Below, piece by piece: positions 26,529-35,100 of a DNA stretch of 41,792 nucleotides. Both the position numbers and the translations under genes were made by a program. Location of the stretch: positions 1 to 41,792 of IMG/VR virus record IMGVR_UViG_3300044613_002570, one strand, 5' to 3'. Below the pieces are notes generated by a model. The model saw only the letters and a list, made by a program, of their open reading frames with translations. It had not been told where the DNA came from and did no database searches. Each line of letters starts with the position of its first letter. Positions within the stretch are counted from its first letter, which is position 1. Source of the stretch: a virus (Duplodnaviria > Caudoviricetes).

Positions 26529-28583
26529 CTATCTGCTCGATCTTTCGTTCAAATACCGTTCCAGAACCTGCATGCTACGCGATCCGTCGTTTAGGTCAAA
26601 GTCCATTGAAAGACTGCTGCCGTTGACGAACCAATAGTCTCGACCGCCTGGCGCGTCGAACAGATCCTGAATTGTTTCCACGTTGGGAAACTTCTGTCGG
26701 ATTTCGTCTTCCTGCCTTAGCCCTCGGATGTTGCGTTCGTATCCCAGAAGCGGCCACGTGTAGTAGCCGTTCATGCTCCCGCCCAGACTTCCTGCTGCAC
26801 TCACCGAAATATCTTCGAATTCCGCCGCTCTGGCTTGTCGGACCATCTGTGAGAAGATTTGTGCCCCCTCGCCTTTGTATTGCGAACCGGCTCGGAAGTA
26901 GGCCGCATAGATCGACTTCCCCGAGATTTCGCGTTCCATGCGAAGTCCGCCAGGTCCTTCGACTTCAATGCTGGTTCCGCTGACAGAGACTGTCGATCCT
27001 TCAGGTGCCCCCACGAATGACGCAGCATCGTCGATTCCCAGATTGCTGAGTTCGTACGAACTGCCTTCGCTGTCACTGTCGTAACCACCACCCTCCGCGT
27101 GTCCATAGTTTCTAGCCGCTTCGAACGACGAATCGGAATCCATGTTGTTCCATTCTTCGTCTGCGTACTCCTGCAGAACATCGTCATCGTTCATCATTTC
27201 TTCGACTTTGTTGTCGATCAGTTGTTCGACTCCGGACGTCCACGACTTCCCGCGCCTCCATGCTGCATAGATCTGGTCCGCAGCTTCATCATCGTCGATC
27301 TGAATAATCTCGGCGATATCATCTTCACCGGGGATGTTGACAACGCCTGGCTCTGATTGATTCAGCGACGCCGTCACCAGATCAATCAGTTCCTCGACCT
27401 TGTCGTTGTCCAAATCACCATCTTTCCAGGCTGCTGCACTGTCCGTCAATTTAATTCTGATGGACTCCAGATCGGCATCTGTCATTTCCTTGCCGATTTT
27501 CAGCCCGCCGTCAATGGCCTCTTTGACGGTACTTTCGATCTGGTCCGCGACTTCTGCCTGACCTACATCCAGATATTCCCAGTCGATATCCGGAAGCAAC
27601 TCATCCAGGTTTTCACTGATCACATCTTTCGTGTCAACGTTTTCACGGACTGACTCGCCTACCCATTCAAGGAAATCAGAGTCTCGCATGCGATCACTGG
27701 TCCAGTCTTCCTGCACCTGCGACTGCGTGTAGCTGTCCAGATCATCCCATGAACTCGGCCCACTCACGCCAACGTCGGCGCTGCTTGCTTTTAGTGGCAT
27801 CAGTTCATCGAACGACTTTTGTGCAGTCGGCTTGATCGCAATCGGCTTTTGCGCATCAGCCGGATTTTCCGCATAGTGCGCCCACAGCGCGGCTTTCTCA
27901 TCGAACTCTTTGGCTTTCTTGAAATACAACTCCCTGTCATCGTCCCCCATGACTCTGGAAATCAGGTTTGGATCGGTTTGCGTTTCTCGCTTGATTGGAA
28001 GCAAGTTCCAGAGTTTTTGGGCATCCTGTTCGTACTGCGCCGCGATCTCACTGGATCGCTGTTGCGTCATCGATCCTGCGGCATTATGGATCGCCGCTTT
28101 GGCCATCGGCGCCATCTGTGCTTTATCGATCGACTTCGGCGCGACCTTATGCATCAGCTTCACCGTCGCGCCTGTTGCCGCGTCAACGATTGCGGGCTTT
28201 TGTGGCTTCGGTGGCTTTGGTTCCTTGCCTGCTGCCTCACGTTGCTTCTGCATCGGTGACGGCTTCGGCTGCGGCTTTGGCTTTGGCGTGACCGGCTGTG
28301 CCTGCTGCGCGGGCTGTGCTGGCTTCTGCAGTGGCGCTGGCTTTCGCTTTGGAATCGCTGGCACTGTTCCGGCCTCTGGCTTCAAGCCCTGCGGCATGCG
28401 TCGCACGACCGGCCGTTCCTGCGCTGTGCCGTCATAGATCACGCCGTCGCCGTCGCCGTCGATCTCCTGCCCCGGACCGCCGCGTTTCTTCTTTCCCGGT
28501 GGACGCATACCGATCTTGCCAATCGCCTTGAGTGATTGCGCCTGTCGAAAGAACGAACTGGCGAAAGATTCATTGCCGGACAT
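26529..28583 (-). CDS. Multidomain head-associated protein: DGDGDG tag, Pro/Lys linker, acidic helical region, C-terminal GNAT-like domain
   Basis: YKGEGAQIFSQMVRQARAAEF...MNGYYTWPLLGY resembles GNAT acetyl-CoA-binding motifs A/B; paralog of the C-terminal ~680 aa of 28639..31878. Confidence 0.7.
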   Translation of the reverse strand: MSGNESFASSFFRQAQSLKAIGKIGMRPPGKKKRGGPGQEIDGDGDGVIYDGTAQERPVVRRMPQGLKPEAGTVPAIPKRKPAPLQKPAQPAQQAQPVTPKPKPQPKPSPMQKQREAAGKEPKPPKPQKPAIVDAATGATVKLMHKVAPKSIDKAQMAPMAKAAIHNAAGSMTQQRSSEIAAQYEQDAQKLWNLLPIKRETQTDPNLISRVMGDDDRELYFKKAKEFDEKAALWAHYAENPADAQKPIAIKPTAQKSFDELMPLKASSADVGVSGPSSWDDLDSYTQSQVQEDWTSDRMRDSDFLEWVGESVRENVDTKDVISENLDELLPDIDWEYLDVGQAEVADQIESTVKEAIDGGLKIGKEMTDADLESIRIKLTDSAAAWKDGDLDNDKVEELIDLVTASLNQSEPGVVNIPGEDDIAEIIQIDDDEAADQIYAAWRRGKSWTSGVEQLIDNKVEEMMNDDDVLQEYADEEWNNMDSDSSFEAARNYGHAEGGGYDSDSEGSSYELSNLGIDDAASFVGAPEGSTVSVSGTSIEVEGPGGLRMEREISGKSIYAAYFRAGSQYKGEGAQIFSQMVRQARAAEFEDISVSAAGSLGGSMNGYYTWPLLGYERNIRGLRQEDEIRQKFPNVETIQDLFDAPGGRDYWFVNGSSLSMDFDLNDGSRSMQVLERYLNERSSR

Positions 28584-30681
28584 ATTATTGCTTTCTGAGT
28601 TGAGTTTTCTTGTTGGAGAAATGCCAGCAATGGTTTTCTTACTTGTTGGCCTTTTCGTTCATATACCGTTCGAGCACTTTCATATTCCGCGACCCGTCAC
28701 TCAGATCGAAATCCATCGAAAGAGTGCTGCCGTTCACGAACCACCAGTCTCGACCGCCTGGCGTATCGAACAGATCCTGCATGGTTTCGACTCCCGGAAA
28801 GTTCTGTCGAATTGCGTTGCGTTCGCTGACGTCGTCGATGTCCGCTTCGTATCCCACAAGCGGCCACGTGTAGTAGCCATTCATGCCGCCACCCAGTTCG
28901 CCTGCGGCCGTTACTGAGATATCCATGAATCCGGCTTCTCTGGCCTGTCGCACCATCTGCGCGAAGATCTGCGCCCCCTCGCCCTTGTAACGTGAACCGG
29001 CATTAAAATTGGATGAATAGATCGACCCTTGGCTGATTTCTCGCTTCATGTACAGATCGCCGCGACCTTCGACGTTGATCGTAGTCCCGTCGACGGTCAC
29101 AGTTGACCCATCTGGTGCGCCTACGAATGACGCGGCGTCTTCGATTCCAAGTTCTCGAAGTTCCGGTGAACTGATGGTGCTTGACTGCTCTGAATACTCT
29201 TCCGCATGTCCATGATCTTTTGCGGCTTGCAGCATCGCATCATCGTCCATGTTGTCCCATTCCATCTCCGCGTATTCCTGCAGCGTGTCGTCATCGCTCA
29301 TTCTTGATTCGACTTCGTTATCGATCAAATCGTTGATGGCTTCCGACCGTCCTCGCTTCCAGATTTCATATAATTGGCTGACGGCATCGTCGTCGTCGAT
29401 CTGAAGGATTTCGGCGATATCGTCTTCCCCTGGGATATTGACAACGCCTGGCTCTGATTGATTCAGCGACGCCGTTGCCAGATCGACAAGTTGTTCTGCC
29501 GTCGCGTCGTCCAGGTCACCGTTCTTCCAGTCCAGCGAACTCTCCAGCAGACTCTTTCTGATGGACTCTAAATCGGCCGGTGTCATTTCCTTGCCAATCT
29601 TCAAACCATTTTTCATCGCCTCTTTTACTGTCTGTTCGATCTGGTCCGCGACTTCTCTTTGCCCAACATCCAGCTTGTCCCAGTCTGTTTGTGGCAACAA
29701 CTCATCCAGGTTTTCGCGGATGAGTTCTTCCGTGTCGATTCCTTCGCGGGTTGATTCGCCGACCCAGTTAAGGAAATCAGAGTCTCGCATGCGATCATTG
29801 ACCCAGTCATTTTTGACCCGTCGCTGCGTGTAGCTGTCCAGTTCATCCCAGTCGTAAACACCAGAACTCTGTCCGAAGTCAATATCCTCGCTGGTTTTCA
29901 GTGGCACCAGTTCATTGAACGACTTCTGCGGTGGTGTTTTGATATCAATTGGCTTTTGTGCATCGGCAGGATTTTCCGCGTAGTGCGCCCACAGCGCGGC
30001 TTTCTCATCGAACTCTTTGGCTTTCTTGAAATACAACTCGTAGTCATCATCGCCTTTGATTCTGGCCAGACTTGCTGCATCGTCCTGCTTGTCGCGTGAG
30101 ATTGGAATAATTCGCCAGACTTCTGCAGCGTTGTCTTCGTACAGCTTTGCCAGTTCACTGCAGCGCTGTGGCGTCATCGTCGCTGCGGCATTATGAATGG
30201 CCGCTTTCGCCATTGGCGGAATCTTGGCCTTGTCGATCGTCTTCGGCTTTACGGTATGCAATGCGGAAATCTGTTCGCCCGTATTCGGATCGACGATCGC
30301 TGCCTTTGGTGGCTTCGGTGGCTTTGCTTCCTTACCAGCCGCCTCACGTTGCTTCTGCATCGGCGACGGCTTTGGCTGCGGCTTTGGCTTTGGCGCTGGC
30401 GTTGGTGTCACCGGCTGTGCCTGCTGCACTGGCGGTTTTGGCTTCAGCTTCGGCATCGCTGGTACTGTTCCAGGCTCTGGCTTCAAGCCCTGCGGCATGC
30501 GTCGCACGACCGGCCGTTCCTGCGCTGTGCCGTCATAGATCACGCCGTCACCGTCGCCGTCGATCTCCTGCCCCGGACCGCCGCGTTTCTTTTTGACCGG
30601 CGACATACCGATCTTCCCGATGGCCTTGAGTGATTGTGCCCGCTGAAAGAACGAAATTGCTGACCGTTGATTGCCGGACAT
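26529..30681 (-). repeat. ~2.1-kb diverged tandem duplication (26529-28583 vs 28639-30681)
   Basis: Both units start MSGN..FF..AQSLKAIGKIGM and are collinear to the stop; e.g. 28380-28490 and 30481-30591 are nearly identical in DNA. Confidence 0.9.
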
Positions 30682-31878
30682 ATCACTGTCTGCCATCAGG
30701 CTTTTGGTTGTTGGCGCGATTTGCGAACCCCACTCACGACGCACTGGCGGCTGGTATATTCGGCGCGGCCTAGCGCCCGGATTTTTTTTCATCCATTCGG
30801 CTTCGACGTCTATGCCCAGCTTTTTACCGAGTGACGCGACAACGTTCAGCTTCCTGTCAGCAAATGGATCTCCAAGTCCGCGCGACCCTCTTGAATCGTT
30901 GTAGAAGTTGTGCAAGTATCCGACTGCGGCGGCGTGTTCCACTTTAGTCAAGGAATCACCCTTGAGAACTTTTCGCAGCGATTCGTGGCGCAGTGTTTGT
31001 TCCTGGCTCCACGGCACTTCATCCGGCCGCATGCGTTCAATCTTGTCCATCAGCCCGCCAATATAGTACGCCTCATCTTCACTTGGCTTTACGCCTGGAT
31101 GAGACTTGTCGACCGTGTGTTTTCGTGGCGCTGGCTGTTGCTGTGGTGTGCCGTCGAAGATAAGCCCGTCACCGTCGCCGTCCTTTAGTCCTGCAGCTTT
31201 GAACGTCACGTGTGACATTTTCATCTCCATGGCTCTGGTGAAAATTGCAGAGATAGCAACTGACTTGCTGAAATCTTTTGAACTATCAACCCATATATCT
31301 TCACTTTGAAAGACTGCGATCCACTGCATTGACGGAACAATCACGCCGTCATAGCCCTCGCTTTTGAGTCGATTCCTGAACTTAACGCCGTCCGATACTT
31401 CCAGTTCTTCCTCATACTGCAGGAATTCTTCTTCTTCCATCACGTAGGGTTTTCGAACTCTTGCAAACGCGCGCATAACCACGGCGTTAGGATTGTCTTT
31501 TTGGAAGAATGAAGCATCTCTGGCATTGTCGAAGAACCAATGCCCAAACGCTGCGGTTGCGACGCCTTCAGACTGATTGCCAAGACGTCTGTCATCGAAC
31601 TTTTCGAAGTCGAAATATGTGCCATGGAACAGCACTTTTGGTGAACCATCCTGATTCACGATTTTTGAACCCTCGAACCACTGTTTGAATTCCGGTGTTT
31701 GTGTCACCGCGTGTGATTCGTGATTGCTTAGCTGGTTCTCGTGCTTTGGCGCTGGCCGTTCCTGCGGCGTACCATCGAACACGACGCCGTCGCCGTCACC
31801 GTCTTTGATGGACTGTGATCGCTGTGCGGATGCGTATTGTGGGGCACCGAATGGCATGTGGCCAAACCTCGATGGCAC
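28639..31878 (-). CDS. Polyvalent protein: ART-PolyVal-like domain, unknown domain, acidic region, C-terminal GNAT-like domain, 3 DGDGDG tags
   Basis: TPEFKQWFEGSKIVNQDGSPKVLFHGT...GYDGVIV is the ADP-ribosyltransferase-like domain of phage polyvalent proteins; C-terminus YKGEGAQIF...NGYYTWPLVGY. Confidence 0.75.
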   Translation of the reverse strand: MPSRFGHMPFGAPQYASAQRSQSIKDGDGDGVVFDGTPQERPAPKHENQLSNHESHAVTQTPEFKQWFEGSKIVNQDGSPKVLFHGTYFDFEKFDDRRLGNQSEGVATAAFGHWFFDNARDASFFQKDNPNAVVMRAFARVRKPYVMEEEEFLQYEEELEVSDGVKFRNRLKSEGYDGVIVPSMQWIAVFQSEDIWVDSSKDFSKSVAISAIFTRAMEMKMSHVTFKAAGLKDGDGDGLIFDGTPQQQPAPRKHTVDKSHPGVKPSEDEAYYIGGLMDKIERMRPDEVPWSQEQTLRHESLRKVLKGDSLTKVEHAAAVGYLHNFYNDSRGSRGLGDPFADRKLNVVASLGKKLGIDVEAEWMKKNPGARPRRIYQPPVRREWGSQIAPTTKSLMADSDMSGNQRSAISFFQRAQSLKAIGKIGMSPVKKKRGGPGQEIDGDGDGVIYDGTAQERPVVRRMPQGLKPEPGTVPAMPKLKPKPPVQQAQPVTPTPAPKPKPQPKPSPMQKQREAAGKEAKPPKPPKAAIVDPNTGEQISALHTVKPKTIDKAKIPPMAKAAIHNAAATMTPQRCSELAKLYEDNAAEVWRIIPISRDKQDDAASLARIKGDDDYELYFKKAKEFDEKAALWAHYAENPADAQKPIDIKTPPQKSFNELVPLKTSEDIDFGQSSGVYDWDELDSYTQRRVKNDWVNDRMRDSDFLNWVGESTREGIDTEELIRENLDELLPQTDWDKLDVGQREVADQIEQTVKEAMKNGLKIGKEMTPADLESIRKSLLESSLDWKNGDLDDATAEQLVDLATASLNQSEPGVVNIPGEDDIAEILQIDDDDAVSQLYEIWKRGRSEAINDLIDNEVESRMSDDDTLQEYAEMEWDNMDDDAMLQAAKDHGHAEEYSEQSSTISSPELRELGIEDAASFVGAPDGSTVTVDGTTINVEGRGDLYMKREISQGSIYSSNFNAGSRYKGEGAQIFAQMVRQAREAGFMDISVTAAGELGGGMNGYYTWPLVGYEADIDDVSERNAIRQNFPGVETMQDLFDTPGGRDWWFVNGSTLSMDFDLSDGSRNMKVLERYMNEKANK

Positions 31879-31927
31879 CCCCGCGCCGATGGCTTGAATT
31901 CTATGAAATTATTCTGCGTTGTGAAGA

Positions 31928-32155
31928 CTAAGCTTCCGATGTGTTGTCTTCCGGGAACAACTCTTCGGCGAACCGATCGGATTCAATCATGTCTGCCATG
32001 CCCTCCTCGACATTGTTCTGGCCAATGTTGTACTCCTGACGTCGCTTCTCTGCATCTGCGTCGTAGGCTTCATCGAGTGCATCAAACATGTCATCAGTGA
32101 ACAGTTCTTCGTCTGACGGCTCTTTTGATTCTTCGTACTGCATCTGATACCTCAC
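31928..32155 (-). CDS. Small highly acidic protein
   Basis: 75 aa, roughly one third Asp/Glu; starts 6 nt after the portal-fusion stop. Confidence 0.6.
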   Translation of the reverse strand: MRYQMQYEESKEPSDEELFTDDMFDALDEAYDADAEKRRQEYNIGQNNVEEGMADMIESDRFAEELFPEDNTSEA

Positions 32156-32161
32156 TAGACT

Positions 32162-35100
32162 CTACGCTGTTGCTGTCGGGGCTGACGAACGAACTCGATC
32201 ACGCTGGCTTTTTTTCTTCTTCATATAGTTCTGTAGCGCTGTCATGTTACGCGATCCGGATGTCAGATCAAACTTGGCGGTGTTAAGTGAATCACCGTTT
32301 GCCCACCACCATTCCTGACCGCCAGGCGTGTCATAGATGTCACGGATCGTTCGCGCGTTGGGAAACTGCGCCTGTGTCCGCCGTCGCACTTCTCCGCTAC
32401 CGATGCTGGAGATATCAGCATCGTACCCGAACTGTGGCCAGACTGCATAACCAACCATCGTCGATGATCGGCATGGCATTGTCTTGACCTCTGCGAACCC
32501 CAGACGCTTTGCGTTTGCGATCGACTGAGAAAACACCTGAAGTCCCAGCCCCTTTGGTGCATTGTCGTCCATGAAGAACGAACTGTTGTAAAGTCGCATT
32601 TTACCATCTTCCATGTGGATCGAACGGCTCATTCTTGCCGTTGAATTATTCACGCTGATGCTCAACGATCCACCGTTGTAGTCTGATGGTGTGACTGTGA
32701 CCTGCCAGTCGTCTCGTGCTCCAATGACCGATGCCAGATCCTGCGTTGTCATCCCAAACTGATTCAGAAGTTGCGCGGTTCGTGGTGCATTCTGAGCACT
32801 CATCAGGTTCTTGCTTTGTGCGTGTCTATAGAGTTGTTCCGGCGAAACGTTATTGATGCGTTCGTTAACCGCTGCTGCATACTGACCACGCATCCATGAT
32901 CTTCGGCCGTCGAGCTTTTCAACCAACCCCATATTGACCGTGTCAAGTCGCCAGCGTTCTTTCGTCTGTGCGGCCAGTTCCTCTCCGGTGTCAAGCATGG
33001 CTTTAACATCTTCGACGGTGGCGTTTTCAAGTCCGACTCTGTTTCGCATTCGTGGAAGAATCGCGGTGGCCACCTGCTCAGAAGTCATTGCATCGAGTTC
33101 AGAATTGATTGCTGTTTTCGCCCGATCTCGGATTTCTACTCTCCATGCGCTTGACGTTTTCAGTGTACGTCGGACGTCCTGTGAATAGCTCTCTCTGATC
33201 CGTGACTGATCATCAACAGGAATTTCCTGCCATGACTGAGGAACACGTGCACCCGCTTCATTGATGACCACTCTGGCCCTGCTCGGAATCGCCTGAATCA
33301 GATTTCCATCTGCATCCGGCTCGATGTCGTCGAGGAAGTCCGCACCGATCTTCTTCAGTGCTGTTCGCTGCTCAGACGTCAAAGGTCCGCGTTGCTGTGG
33401 TGGCTGTGCTGCTAGTGGGCTTGTTGCCACTGGTGCCGGTGTCTGTGTCTGTGTCTGTGTTACGGCTGCTGGTTTCCTGCCTCGCACACGGCCCGCAACG
33501 ACGTCATCCGGATTGATCCCGCGATTGCGCAGTTGCGATTCGATCGCGCGGACCTGTTTGGCTGGATCGTCTGGCAACACTCGTGCTCTGTCGTTTGGAG
33601 TTACCAAAACAGTCTGGCCGTCTTCGTTTTGCGCGACAACAAACTTGCCTGGCAGATTCTGTTTCAACGCTGCCAGCCTCTGCTCTGCGGCGTTTCCTGT
33701 GCTTGTCGCTTCGCTTGCTGGTATTGCCGCTGTTGTTGCCGCTGGCGTTGACGGTGGCCTCAGCGAAAAGATTGGTCCGCCGAACTGTCGATCCCGTGCA
33801 ATGATGCGTCCTTCTATGGCCAAATTGCTCAACGCGCGATTCAGAGGACTGTTTAGCGGGGCATTGGCACTTCCCGGCTCTGTTTGTGTGAGTGTCGCCA
33901 GATCGCGCATCGTATAGTTTACTGCTGCGTTCTGTCTCATGGTTTCCAGAATCTGGTTTTCAATTGCAGTGATGCGCTGAAATTCTCGTGTTGCCCGAGA
34001 TTCATCTTGAACATGTTGGGCGATTGATCCCAACTGTGGTTCTTTGTTTCGAATAAAGTCTGTAAGCGCCTGGTGTTGCTCTGGCGACGTTCGATCAAAC
34101 ATGGACTGAATATCACCAGTTGTGATTTCGCGCTTCGCCAGCGTGAGATAATGCGATTCTGTGACGTCATCCCGCTGATTGTTCCCGACGTCGTTGACGC
34201 CCCGGAATCGGACGCTGCTGTTGGCCGCATCCATTCGTGCCTGATTTTCTCTGGCGCGATCCTGAATCTGCTGCTGTCGTGCCTCTTCACGGAATTGCTC
34301 GGCAATCGAACGTGCCTCTTCGTCGAGGCGATTCCCTTCGGCGATTTGATTCTTGGCTTCCGTCAATTGCCCTGCGGCTTCTCTCAGCGTGTTGGACATT
34401 CGTGCGTGACGCTCTGCGGCCTGCTGCTGGCCTACCGTCTGCATATCCCGGCTGACTGCCTGATTCTTATCCGCCGCCTGCACCAGTGCGTCCCTGCGTC
34501 GTCGCAGCGCATCGACGTCTCTGTCACGCGCTGCATTCGGTGACTTCCCGATGGCGGTGATTGCCGACCGTGCTGCCGCATTAGCGCGATCGGTGACAGT
34601 GGCTGCTGATCGATCGGCTCGGCGTCCTGAATCCATTCGCAGCGCCAGCTTGTCAACAAGTTCCTGTTTTGTTCGTCCGCTGGCCTTGAGATTGTATTTT
34701 AGCTTGATATCTCGAAGCTGTTTGACCGTGAGTTCCCGAAGCGACTCTGCCAGTTCTTTGGCGGACTTCGCGGACCTGTCACCGTTCAACGCCCGCTCAA
34801 CATCTGCATTGATCTGTGCGATGCGCTCCGGCGAATTCTTTGGCCGATTGCCACCGCGCCACTGCGGACGCCGTGGTGGCGCTGGCCGTTCTTCCGGCGT
34901 GCCGTCATGGATCACGCCGTCGCCGTCGCCGTCAATTTCCTCTGGCCGTGGTCGACGTGGTGATCGTCGGCGGCGGCTTGTCGCGTCCTTGAACGTCGCA
35001 TGTCCGGCGAACGCTTTTGCGAACGCTCCGGACAACGCTTCGAAATCATCGCCGTCATCCAGAATTGATTCCGCTTCCGTGCCGTAACATCCGACCAGAA

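Noticed and set aside
33760-33965. Z-alpha (Z-DNA-binding) domain in the portal extension
   Set aside because: LNRAL..LA..G.I...P resembles Z-alpha, but the critical Tyr and Trp are absent; reported only as a generic winged helix.
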